Source: Macrostomum hystrix (Eukaryota; Animalia; Platyhelminthes). Taken from it: DNA of 64,000 nt. Positions 39,401 through 49,612 of this stretch are shown piece by piece. The translations under genes were made by a program, and so were the position numbers. The notes under the pieces are model-generated. The model was not told the origin of the DNA and made no database searches. It saw only the letters and a list, made by a program, of their open reading frames with translations. Within the stretch, counting starts at the first letter, position 1. Each line of letters begins with the position of its first letter. The DNA lies in NCBI GenBank assembly GCA_950097015.1, contig CATNEN010000001.1:25482001-25546000 (forward strand), read 5' to 3'.

Positions 39401-41160
39401 AGCTGTTACTTCTAGAAGTCTCTGTCTGCATTAAACAAGTTTGTGCATTCCGCTCTGCCCCTAAAAATGCCGGCCTCAACTTGCAGGGAAAACATTAGTC
39501 ATCGCTGTGCCTTGCGGATCCAGTTGTTATTTCTAGAAGTCTCTGCCTGAGCACACACGCACACAGATGCCTTCAATAAAGTTGACAGCTATCCAAATAA
39601 TTTTGCGGAGTCTGTCTCGGTTTCCTCACCTTCTTCAGTGATTTGCCACTGGCCAAGTGAGCCTCACTGACCGAAAACTGTCAGTTGAAGAGCGGTAGAA
39701 GGGAATTTTTGAGACAGGGGAGATGAGACAGGGGAGATGAAACAGGGAGATGAGACAGGGGAGATGAGACAGGGGAGATGAGACAGGGAGATGAGACTGG
39801 GGAGATGAGACAGGGGAGATGAGACACGGATATGAGACAGGGGAGAGATGAGCCACGGAAGAGGTGAGACACAGGGATACAACTCATGTCGCTTATTCAG
39901 CGGCAAGGCTGGTAGGAGCCGGAAGTGTCAAGTCAGTGTTGATATATATTAATGTATATTATTTTATGATTGAGTTTTTGAGTGCTATTATATAAATTAC
40001 TCGTTGACAATCTCCATTTCCACCAACCAATGCCCATGCAGGTACGAAGGCAAGGAGTACTTTGAAATACCACCGTGAGTACATACATTGCTGCTGCTTT
40101 TGTTGCATTTCTGCTCTCTGCAATCTGCAGCTCTTCTGCCCACCTGCCGTTTGCTTTCATCAGCCACTAAAAATTCCTCAGGTTTCTCATTGAGCGCTGG
40201 GATTCCGTCAAGCTCATCGGCAGGGGAGGCTTCGGCGATGTCCACGAAGTGCTCACGGACGAGGGCATCAGGTGCGCTGCGAAGACTCTCAGACTGCCAG
40301 TGCAGCTCGGTGATCAGCTGGACCCTTCAAAGAGAAAGGAGATCGACAAGTTTATTGAGGGCGAGAAGAACCTGTGCCAGCTGCGGCACCCCAACATCGT
40401 CAGCTTCTTGCACATCGCTCAGCCTGAGTATGCGACAGTTGTTGTGTTCATGGAGCTGCTGGATGGCTGCAGCCTGGAGAGATTTCTCGACTCCAAGCCG
40501 CTGGGCGAAGAAGCCATTCGACAGTTCAGCGAGCAGGTGAGATTTGAGCAGCCTGCTCATGAGTGATGCAGTGAGTTGACTTTTTAGCGTCAGCCGACAC
40601 CAGTTCCTCAACCCACCCACCTGCAGATCTGCAGCGCGCTGCACTACCTGCACAGCCGACAGCCGCCCGTGATCCACAGAGACATCAACTGCAGCAACAT
40701 CATTGTGCTCGGTGACAACAGGCGAGTCAAGCTGATCGACTTCGGCCTGTCAATCAAGCTGGAGCAGTCTGTCAGTCACATCACAGCCTCCACTGCCACA
40801 CCAAAGGGCACTCTGAACTTCATGGCGCCAGAGCTGCTGGCACCAGACGATGAAGGCAACCCGCGGTACAGCAGAGAGTCGGACATCTGGGCGTTCGGCT
40901 GCTCAGTCTTCCAGATGGCCACGGGAGGCAGGCCCTACTCAAACGCCAGACACTTTGTCCACGTGGCTCAGAAGCTGGAGAAGGACGGAGCCCCCGCCCT
41001 GCCCGGCAGCTGCTCGGCGGAGCTGCGGGACTTCTACAGCCGCTGCACCGCCCGAGACCGCAGGAGGCGAAAGTCCACGCTGGAGCTGCTGAGCCACGAG
41101 TTCCTGACGGGCGGGAAGCTCAAGCCGGGCTTCTTCAGCGCTCTCTTCGGCAGGCCGTGA
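30414..41160 (+). CDS. Ankyrin-repeat + Ser/Thr protein kinase, copy 1 (~667 aa); exons 30414-30443, 30536-31050, 31628-31682, 31756-32237, 40042-40074, 40182-40536, 40627-41160
   Basis: All introns are GT-AG with compatible phases, giving a 2004-nt open frame. Ankyrin motifs: DGAGDTAAHVA, GATPLMEAA, GRTALDLA, FTPLMWAA, GKTALDLA. Kinase motifs: GRGGFGDV, AAK, HPNIV, HRDINCSN, DFG, GTLNFMAPE, DIWAFG (MAP3K/STE11-like). The ankyrin-kinase linkage is inferred from phase compatibility and is supported by the short equivalent intron in copy 2. Confidence 0.8.
30536..31050 (+). CDS. Ankyrin-repeat exon 2 of ANK-kinase copy 1
   Basis: Ankyrin consensus motifs; CTCAG| acceptor and |GTGAGT donor. Confidence 0.85.
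31756..32237 (+). CDS. Ankyrin-repeat exon 4 of ANK-kinase copy 1
   Basis: Ankyrin consensus motifs; TTGCAG| acceptor and |GTGAGT donor. Confidence 0.85.
33556..37982 (-). mobile_element. Full-length Ty3/Gypsy (Mag-like) LTR retrotransposon 1
   Basis: 289-bp LTRs at 33556-33844 and 37694-37982 (TG...CA, identical by eye); 5-bp TSD AAAAT; PBS-like TGGCATCGCAAGCA; PPT GAAGGGGGGAGA. Confidence 0.95.
33842..37693 (-). CDS. Gag-Pol polyprotein (1283 aa from ATG at 37693): Gag Zn knuckles, protease, RT, RNase H, integrase
   Basis: CQYCGGSH/CTTCNKKNHYAAVC, VDTGAD, YQDD, TDAS...EREAL, H-H-C-C, VSDN, SNGLAER; Gypsy domain order. Confidence 0.93.
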   Translation of the reverse strand: MASQASELNLEDPDTAEAWLLSFAAAARTKKLKDSEEEHQITDLFLSRAGLKALRTLTLMAAPDSLETKTFAQIRDIIDATIRPKRRLTIAERVKFLSLRQDPSEGVASYYRRLRAAAASCSFEKLGSKQTCEDELITMRLVDGLASVDHKRRLLERMQGIDMLLTDVLQELEQLEQIRYYNAGTGPTVTTESSIAYAGRRAAPPQLPPDTRSPRHTTRTKCQYCGGSHQQGSCPAFGKRCTTCNKKNHYAAVCRSRTVHLETWEEDDDAAPKPDVANVFVIRPENKERKGIFRRVKINGKELQMQVDTGADVSLIPRGHWEMLGRPALRKSKRILRQFDGSIIKTLGEFTATWNDKDKFRTVDLVVTAAHKSHGLLGLDNLDWNSERQTVGGQGTAVQHLNCLKGFQARIKLIEGAKPFYCAARAVPLHLRDRVNQELKRLQAEGIIEPVTEGGSEWASPIVCVLKPNGNIRICADYKAGVNHQVCGDTYPMPTVETIFSDVAGMTDFATLDLSDAYLQIELEEKSREVTTIATPLGLFRYTRLVPGLKSASAIFQKAMETTLEEVNGKVIYQDDILLGGRSSEDLKAKVDEVIKILQAAGMNINLAKSNLGAKSVKFLGYRIGAEGISPDPGLVSKIKEISAPRDRRQLESFLGLCNFFGRFVNNYAHIVEPLNQLRKKGVEFTWTTAQEAAFHQLKKLLSSSPIIQPYDRTKETTLTTDASEKAVATVLTQEGHPVIYFSRRLTEAETRYSNIEREALAIVWSMERSRQFLLGKRFTLRTDHRPLEFLFGARQQLPKVANARILRWAIRLMGFDFAIEYARGVDIPHADALSRLDFADVPDDPYEAAPQQHLVHWAGESVIGWTELAEETKHDRLLADITRRIAGNRWSGCSPAERQFKAIRHALTLDGSVVCYGDRPVIPASLRSRVLELVHSGAHPGATSTRALVRNSVWWPGYCGDVEGFVRACHTCAKQRQSSHSSVHQWPAESEPWGRVHMDHAHVPKVGLLLILVDAMSAWPEAIRVPDKSAATVRRVLQEVFARNGVPRTLVSDNAAEFHDEGLVSWLHKIGCRAVKTPPYHPQSNGLAERMVQTIKVASAGWDQQEPYDAFLARILLNYRCVPHAGREFSPAQLMGRQLRNPITMKTAIRSEVWYAPTPSATPEKAEFLAQKGSNTALIMRQGDRVTLAYLDQLRRHEAGGNGDVATAAVSHEVAPRPADLPEARHENMPASLTQASAPGETADPPPAASGRVPSPAATPQRPSYNLRANRGVPPERFEGGR
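38171..39260 (-). pseudogene. THAP-domain / P-element (THAP9-like) transposase remnant
   Basis: N-terminal THAP (MVNKCSAVGC...FHSFP...W...P...RICSLH, with one frameshift) is fused directly to the C-terminal part (LQSDSIERRFGWLRQMSG, CESC, NRGGLSKP). The catalytic core is deleted. Confidence 0.82.
39710..39875. repeat. 14-bp tandem repeat GAGACAGGGGAGAT
   Basis: About 11 units. Confidence 0.85.
40182..41160 (+). CDS. Ser/Thr kinase domain exons of copy 1 (intron 40537-40626)
   Basis: Canonical kinase subdomains I-XI. Confidence 0.9.
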
Positions 41161-41478
41161 AGCAAAGCAGGCAGAGTGGCTGGCGTGAGCAGATCATGAG
41201 AGTCCAATTTGTACATAGCGCTGTGGGATCAGCGGTTTCCCCCAGTGACCCAGACTCTGTTCTGCATCTGCTCATTTCTCATGCTTGCAGCTTTGTTCAA
41301 TGCTTGCCTCAATAGCTTTTTGTCACTTCATTTAATCGCATGAATTGCTCTATGGATTGTGACCTCACTTTGAAGTACGAGAAGAATAATGTGAAGAATA
41401 TTTTAAGTCTATTGTGAAGAAGTATACATTTTTAATTAACATTTTCATTCTCACATAAACATCTACAGTATTCTTATA

Positions 41479-41570
41479 GACTTCTACAGTTGCTGCACGA
41501 AGCGAGACCGCAGGAGGAGAAAGTCCACGCTGGAGCTGCTAAGCCACGAGTTCCTGACGGGTAGGCAGCT
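41479..41570 (+). pseudogene. Duplicated fragment of the kinase C-terminus
   Basis: DFYSCCTKRDRRRRKSTLELLSHEFLTG is a near-copy of 41029-41111. Confidence 0.7.
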
Positions 41571-42599
41571 GCGAAGGCAGAGCCAGAGCTTCTTTAGCAT
41601 ATTCACACGCAAGTGACCCAGTTGAATTCTTAGCTCCTGTATGACTCTTGCATGACTCTTGTATGACCTTCCTGCATGACTCTTGTATAACAATGCTGTA
41701 TGACTCTTGCATGACCATAATGTATGACCTCTGACTGCTAAATAAGAAATGAATTGTCCAATGCCCAATCCTTTAGTTTTACTTGTTAATTACGCATCGC
41801 ACAAAACACTAAATAAAGCAGTGCTGATTGCTAATTATCCATCATATTCGTAGCTCATTGTGCCTACAACATTCTAAGAAATGTTTGCGAAAAGCTTAAC
41901 AAATTTTTGTTATTTTCTCTTTGCTTTGTTGCTTTCTCCGGCAGGGCAGTGGTAGGGCGGCTGCCTGGAGCCAAGCACAATGGAACAGAAGGTGCGGGTC
42001 AGCCTGAGCAGCTGCTCAGAGCTCGGTGAGACAGTGGGCTGAGTCTGCAGCCCCTCATCTCCCCGCCCCGCTGTCTGCTGTGGACTCGCTGCCCTGTGGA
42101 GTGTCTGGAATTGGCAATTTTTAAGCAGCAATGCAAGATAGATACTAGTTGAACACAATGGTTTGAGCTGCTGTGCTCATCTGGAACTCGAGTCGCGGCC
42201 AGGGCAGCTCGGAGCAGAGGAGAGGCTGAGCTGGGAGAGATCAGGTCTGGCCAGTGTGAAACAGTACCGACAATGAAAGCATTGTAATAGCAATGCCACT
42301 GAATGCCTGTAGTCATGCGTGACTGCTGAAATTCTCAGCCCCAAATCTGCTTCCACTCCGCGGAGTTGGGGTGGGCGCCTCTCGAAGCATCTTCTGAGAC
42401 CGCCCTCCCGAGTTCTCAAAGTGCTGAGCACTGACTGCCCGAGTTCTCAAAGTGCTGAGCACTGACTGCCCGAGTTTCTCAAAGTGCTGAGCACTGAGGG
42501 AATTGGGATCGCTCATTTCAAAAGAAGCTTTTGTCTGATGATGTGTTTGACTGCTCAATTACAATCTGCTCAGCTTTAGTCCCTTCGTCTGTCCAGAGC

Positions 42600-43090
42600 T
42601 TACAAGGATTAGCATGTCCTACAAGGATTAGCATGTCCTTCAAGGATTAGCATGTCCTACAAGGATTAGCATGTCCTACAAGGATTAGCATGTCCTTCAA
42701 GGATTAGCATGTCCTACAAGGATTAGCATGTCCTTCAAGGATTAGCATGTCTTAAAGGGATTAACATTTCCTTCAAAGATTAGCATGTCCTACAAGGATT
42801 AGCATGTCCTTCAAGGATTAGCATGTCCTACAAGGATTAGCATGTCCTTCAAGGATTAGCATGTCCTACAAGGATTAGCATGTCCTTCAAGGATTAGCAT
42901 GTCCTACAAGGATTAGCATGTCCTACAAGGATTAGCATGTCCTACAAGGATTAGCATGTCCTACTAGGATTAGCATGTCCTACAAGGATTAGCATGTCCT
43001 ACAAGGATTAGCATGTCCTTCAAGGATTAACATGTCCTTCAAGGATTAGCATGTCTCAAAGGGATTAGCATGTCTTATAAGGATTAGCGA
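42600..43090. repeat. 19-bp minisatellite GGATTAGCATGTCCTACAA
   Basis: About 25 units; the downstream flank 43090-43720 duplicates 5322-5960. Confidence 0.92.
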
Positions 43091-43694
43091 CTTTGCCTGT
43101 AGTTTTAAGTTGAGAAATTCTCCACATTTAGTTCCATAATTTTATATTTTGAGTCCGAGGTTTCGTCAAACTGAGTTGAGTGAGTGCGAATTAATTTTCA
43201 TTAGCCTTGAGCACATATTATGCCAGCATGCGACAATGCGACAATAAATCCAGTTCGAACCGGTTGAGCAGCCCTGCACCGTAAGTCCTGAGCAGTGCTA
43301 GGCTTGGGGATGCTATTTTATTTTTTATAACCGACCGCTTGTTTTACTGCACTGAAAACGGCCCGTCGACCTCCCCCGCTCCGAGAGCGCAGGCAAAAGA
43401 AGATGAGAGACGGGCCGGGCAGAGACGGAGACTCGCTGCGACAAACTCGAGAAACTGGAGGCTGCGGAGTGGCGCCACCTGCTTTGCCCTTTTCCATTGT
43501 GAGCGGCAGACTGGGCGGCTGCTTTCAAACTCAAATTTATTTTCAGTGTCACAATGAGCACAAATTGCCCAGCCAAGAATAAGCAAAGATATGAAGTGAC
43601 TCAAATCAGTTCTCACTTTTAGCAAACCGATTGGGCAGAAAATGGCTGGATTTTACTCTGTGCTCACCTTGTGCTGTGGCTTAGTGAGGAGCCC

Positions 43695-43975
43695 CTGACA
43701 CCTGCCCTACCTGACACCGTCTGCCATCCATGACAGCCTCTGCCATCCCTGACACCCTCTGCCTTCCCTGGCATCCTCTGCCTTCCCTGACACCCTCTGC
43801 CTTCCCAGACATCCTCTGCCTTCCCAGACACCCTCTGCCTTCCCTGACACCCTCTGCCCTCCCTGACAACCTCTGATCTGCCTTCCCTGACACTCTCTGC
43901 CTTCCCTGACACCCTCTGCCATCTCTGACACCCTCTGCCATCCCTGACACCCTCTGCCATCCCTGACACCCTCTG
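43695..43975. repeat. 19-bp minisatellite CTGACACCCTCTGCCTTCC
   Basis: Shorter paralogue of 5937-6503. Confidence 0.9.
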
Positions 43976-45034
43976 AAGGGGAACGGGCAAAGCCTGCAGA
44001 CTCGCAGTTTCAAGTCGACTCAAAGGCTGTCCAACTGAGCTGATGGCGCATTTCATTTCAGCTGCCTGGCAGCAAGCAAAACGCACTGCATGAAATCTGC
44101 TTTGAACCGAGCATTTTCAGCAGCCTCTCAGACTCTGTCTTCTGTTTCTCAGCAAACTGATTGTTTACTGCTCAAGAGGCTGGGAGGGTCGCATTGTGAG
44201 GGCCGCCCCTCTCCCTCTGCCTCCATTCTATTCCAAAAGACGGCCTGGCAGCCTTTGCCGCTGCGCTCCATCCACTGTGCGGGCGGGGCAGCTCGTCCTC
44301 TCCAGCCGCACCTCCCCCTCCTGCCCTCCCAGCCTTCTATTGTTCAGAAAGCACAGAGAGCAGCGCAGTGCCCACCCAGCCCTGCACAGCTCGGAGATGG
44401 AGCTGGGGAGGCTGAGAGCCGGTGAAAGAACTGGCTTCCATTCTCAGAAACACCTGAGGCTGAGTTACTCTCTCCTCACTGTCTCGGCCGCAGATGCAGA
44501 AGAGAGGCTGGGCAGTGGAGTCACGTGACCGCACAGAACTCGCACCTCATTGGCTGAGCCGTGCACTGAGACTGCGGCCTCGGCTCTCCCAGGACAGACC
44601 GAAGTTTCACTTGGAATCGGTTAGCCTTGCAGCGCGATTGAAAGGCAGATTATGTCCCAACTGACTACTGTGGGTAGGACTAATGCGCTGGGCAGAATTT
44701 CTGAGAAATCCAGGCCTTGGGGAATCCCGAGATTGCGGAGAATCCGAAAGGTTGCGACTATTTTTTGCTTTAGCCAACACTTGAACTTCTGCTATAACTT
44801 CTGCACAATGATCAGCCCGTCTCCCACATCCCCAGACTTTTTTGCTGGCATGGAAAGCTGCTGTTTTAATTATACAGTCACCATGGAAACCAAACACAGC
44901 TGTGACTGCACTACTGTGGCTGCGAGTATTTGAAATCTCTTACCATTGATATCACAATATTCTCTGCAGGTTAACCTGACAGAGCAGTTGATCTGCCTTG
45001 CACTTTTAAATCTTTCAGGCACTTCTAGAACTCG

Positions 45035-45975
45035 TATCGAGTTGGGGGATTGGGGATCGATTTGGGGGAATGGGGATCGATTTGGGGGAATGGGGATCGA
45101 TTTGGGGAATGGGGATCGAGTTGTGGGGATTGTGATATGGGATTGCAGTGTGGTATTGGGATGTGGGATTGGGATTACAGTGTGGTATTGGGATGTGGGA
45201 TTGGGATTGCAGTGTGGTATTGGGATGTGGGATTGGGATTACAGTGAGGTATCGTGATTTGGGATTGGGATTACAGTGAGGCATCGGGATTTGGGATTGG
45301 GATTACAGTGAGGTATTGGGATGTGGGATTGCAGTGAGGTATTGGGATGTGGGATTGCAGTGAGGTATTGGGATGTGGGATTACAGTGTGGTATTGGGAT
45401 GTGGGATTACAGTGAGGTATTGGGATGTGGGATTGAGTCAGCTGTGAGAATGGGGAGTCACCTGAGAGAATGGGGAGCCAGCTGTGAGAATGGGGAGTCA
45501 GCTGTGAGAATGGGGAGTCAGCTGAGAGAATGGGGAGTCAGCTGTGAGAATAGGGAGTCAGCTGTGAGAATGGGGAGTCAGCTGTGAGAATGGGGAGTCA
45601 GCTGAGAGAATGGGGAGTCAGCTGAGAGAATAGGGAGTCAGTTGAGAGAATGGCGAGTCAGCTGAGAGAATGGGGAGTCAGCTGAGAGAATGGGGAGTCA
45701 GCTGTGAGAATAGGGAGTCAGCTGAGAGAATAGGGAGTCAGCTGTGAGAATGGGGAGTCAGCTGAGAGAATGGGGAGTCAGCTGTGAGAATGGGGAGTCA
45801 GCTGAGAGAATAGGGAGTCAGCTGAGAGAATGGGGAGTCAGCTGTGAGAATGGGGAGTCAGCTGTGAGAATGGGGAGTCAGCTGAGAGAATAGGGAGTCA
45901 GCTGTGAGAATAGGGAGTCAGCTGAGAGAATGGGGGGTCAGCTGAGAGAATGGGGAGTCAGCTGTGAGAATGGGG
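45035..45975. repeat. Composite of three abutting minisatellites (20-bp GGGAATGGGGATCGA.., 26/32-bp GGGATGTGGGATTACAGT.., 20-bp GAGTCAGCTGTGAGAATGGG)
   Basis: Unit switches at about 45125 and 45435. Confidence 0.9.
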
Positions 45976-46707
45976 ATCTGGTTGAGACTATGGAGATCGA
46001 AAAAAGAGTAAACATTTTCTGAAATTTGATAACCAATTCAGGCTGACAATTTGAAAGATATTCATCCCGTGAGACCTGTACTCAAAGCTCACTAGCTACT
46101 TATTTTTTTGAAGTCTCTAATTCGACTCCTGAGTCCTGGAGCATGAAATTCATTTTGAAGCAGCTCAGATTTTGGCCCTGCTCACCCTGAGCAGTGCTCA
46201 CTGTTGTCTCCAGTTTGCACTGCAGGGCAGCTGGCTGAGGGAGGGCCGATGGACTCAGAATAAGGACCTCTAAAAATAGCACCTGCACTGTGAGATGTGA
46301 GCAGAGTCGAAAACCCGATGAGATGCTCAGAATTCTAGTTGAATGGAATCGGCCATGGCAGAGAGAATTTTAGCAGCACAAATGCCTGATTCTGCAGCCT
46401 GGGCTCGAACCCACAGCCTGCGGAGTCCCAGCCGATTCTCCCAACTGCCGTCACTCTGCAGGTCATTTATAATTATGATTTATGATTCCAGCTGGCTCAC
46501 CATGGGAGCGGGCAGAGGACATTGCAGCAGGAGGCGCCCACGACTGCAAGAGACAGAAGAGCGAGAGAATGAAGGGACAGGCAATGCTGATGGGCCTGTG
46601 GCGTTTGCCCGACTGGCAACTTTTGGTTGTGCTTGCAAAAGACAAATGTTGTTTCTCATTGTCACGGTGCTTATTGGTATCCAAGGCCTCAACTGTGATA
46701 GACTTCT

Positions 46708-46995
46708 CAAGGATTAGCATGTCCTACAAGGATTAGCATGTCCTACAAGGATTAGCATGTCCTACAAGGATTAGCATGTACTATAATTAAGGATTGCCAT
46801 GTCCTACCAGGATTAGCATGTCCTACCAGGATTAGCATGTACTATAATTAAGGATTGCCATGTCCTACCAGGATTAGCATGTCCTACCAGGATTAGCATG
46901 TACTATAATTGAGGATTGCCATGTCCTACCAGGATTAGCATGTCCTACCAGGATTAGCATGTCCTACCAGGATTAGCATGTCCTACAAGGATTGC
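46708..46995. repeat. 19-bp minisatellite GGATTAGCATGTCCTACAA with variant units
   Basis: Tandem units. Confidence 0.9.
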
Positions 46996-47018
46996 ATAAG
47001 ATTTCTGCGAAAATGCTG

Positions 47019-47477
47019 GGCATGCTGCAGCACAAAACACAGCCCTCCAGCAAGCGGAGAACTTTTAAACGAGTGGCGCCGCCACTGGCGCAGCAGCAGC
47101 AGCAGACACTCCAGCTGCCACTGTCGCTTCACCCGGAGCTGCTCCGACATCAGCTGCAACAGCTGCATCAGCAGCACCAGCTGGCCATCTCTTCTGCCGG
47201 AGCCAGCGCCGCAGCCGCTGCTGCTGCGGCCGTTGCTGGAGCTGGCTTTCGACTGAGCCGATGCGGCAGAGACAGCGAAGACGCTCAGCAGCAGCAGCAG
47301 CTGGATCAGCTGGTCTGTGTTCGCTGCGGCGAGTCATTTGAACAGCTGGAGTCCCTGCTGGAGCATCAGGAGACCGCCTGCGCCGGCCTGAGCACCACTG
47401 CCGCGGCTGCCGTAGAAGCGGCGGCTGCGGCCGTCAAGCTGGAGGTGCGGGCAGCTGACAGCCTTGGCAGAGTTTAG
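47019..47477 (+). pseudogene. 3' fragment duplicate of the ush/FOG-like gene
   Basis: Near-identical to 20518-20976 and contains only the last CCHC finger; the 5' end is fused to the satellite flank. Confidence 0.8.
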
Positions 47478-48121
47478 TGGATGCGGCTCAACATTTTCTA
47501 TGCGTAATATACTACTGCCCTTCTCTATGATGCCATTTCAATACATCAATGGGCTGCAGATGGGATTCGAATACAACCTTTAAATGCTTCTGTGACTGGG
47601 AATCAGGATTCTTCGAATCATGGGAATCTGACGACAGGGGTTAGGGAGAGATGGGATTCTGTGAATCATGGGGATTGGGGAGAGATGGGATTCTTTTAAT
47701 TATGGAAATTTGTTAAAATGGGATTCTATGAATCATGGGGATTGGGGAAAGATGAATTTTTTAAATATCTTTTCATCCCGCCCGCAGTCCAGTAGGACAT
47801 GAGTTTAAACAATAAACAATTTCAAATTTAGATTCTGAAGACTTATATTGTTTAGCCAAGTGACACACCCGCCAATTACAATTTACTGCACAGTGAATGC
47901 ACTTTGAATTGCTTAAAAATTATTGTGCTTGAAATGGCAGAAAAATCTGTACATCAATACTTGTGAGTAGAATGTGACATGCTAATATATTCATTGTTGC
48001 CATGGCAACCAAATTTGCAAAGCTGCTCCAATCACGGACAGCAATCACGATTATAAACTATTTGTGATTATTGTGTTCTAGTCTTCTGTCTGATCTATTT
48101 TTAGATTTATCTCATGTTTTT

Positions 48122-49612
48122 ATGTCACTCTCTCATATCTTCTGTCACCCTCTCATATCTTCTGTCACTCTCTCATGTCTTCTGTCACTCTCTCATATCT
48201 TCTGTCACTCTCTCATGTCTTCTATCACCCTCTCATGTCTTCTGTCACTCTCTCATATCTTCTGTCACTCTCTCATATCTTCTGTCACTCTCTAATTTCT
48301 TCTGTCACTCTCTCATATCTTCTGTCACTCTCTCATATCTTCTGTCACTCTCTCATATCTTCTGTCACTCTCTCATATCTTCTGTCACTCTCTCATATCT
48401 TCTGTCACTCTCATATCTTCTGTCACTCTCTCATATCTTCTGTCACTCTCTCATATCTTCTGTCACTCTCATATCTTCTGTCACTCTCATATCTTCTGTC
48501 ACTCTCATATCTTCTGTCAACTCTCTAATTTCTTCTGTCACTCTCTCATATCTTCTGTCACTCTCTCATGTCTTCTGTCATCTCTCATATCTTCTGTCAC
48601 TCTCTCATATCTTCTGTCACTCTCTCATGTCTTCTGTCACTCTCTCATGTCTTCTGTCACTCTCTCATATCTTCTGTCACTCTCTCATATCTTCTGTCAC
48701 CCTCTCATGTCTTCTGTCACTCTCTCATGTCTTCTGTCACTCTCTCATATCTTCTGTCACTCTCTCATGTCTTCTGTCACTCATATCTTCTGCCACTCTC
48801 TAATTTCTTCTGTCACTCTCTCATATCTTCTGTCACCCTCTCATATCTTCTGTCACTCTCTCATATCTTCTGTCACCCTCTCATGTCTTCTGTCACTCTC
48901 TCATGTCTTCTGTCATTTCTCATATCTTCTGTCCCTCTCTCATATCTTCTGTCACTCTCTCATATCTTCTGTCACCCTCTCATATCTTCTGTCACTCTCT
49001 CATATCTTCTGTCACTCTCTAATTTCTTCTGTCACTCTCTCATGTCTTCTGTCATCTCTCATATCTTCTGTCCCTCTCTCATATCTTCTGTCACTCTCTC
49101 ATGTCTTCTGTCACTCTCTCATGTCTTCTGTCACTCTCTCATGTCTTCTGTCACTCTCTCATGTCTTCTGTCACTCTCTCATATCTTCTGTCACCCTCTC
49201 ATATCTTCTGTCCCTCTCTCATATCTTCTGTCACTCTCTCATGTCTTCTGTCACTCTCTCATGTCTTCTGTCACTCTCTCATGTCTTCTGTCACTCTCTC
49301 ATGTCTTCTGTCATCTCTCATATCTTCTGTCCCTCTCTCATATCTTCTGTCACTCTCTCATGTCTTCTGTCACTCTCTCATGTCTTCTGTCACTCTCTCA
49401 TGTCTTCTGTCACTCTCTCATGTCTTCTGTCATCTCTCATATCTTCTGTCCCTCTCTCATATCTTCTGTCACTCTCTCATGTCTTCTGTCATCTCTCATA
49501 TCTTCTGTCCCTCTCTCATATCTTCTGTCACTCTCTCATGTCTTCTGTCACTCTCTCATATCTTCTGTCACTCTCTCATATCTTCTGTCACTCTCTCATA
49601 TATTCTATCACT
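48122..49612. repeat. 20-bp minisatellite CTGTCACTCTCTCAT(A/G)TCTT
   Basis: About 75 units. Confidence 0.93.

Larger units (their letters stand above)
33197..39545 (-). mobile_element. Internally deleted P-superfamily (THAP) DNA transposon, interrupted by a Gypsy element
   Basis: ~37-bp TIRs CAGAGACTT(T/C)TAGAAATAACAACTGGA(C/T)CCGCAAGGC; 7-bp TSD CCTGAGC at 33190-33196 and 39546-39552; an empty-site sequence occurs near 63526. Confidence 0.85.
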
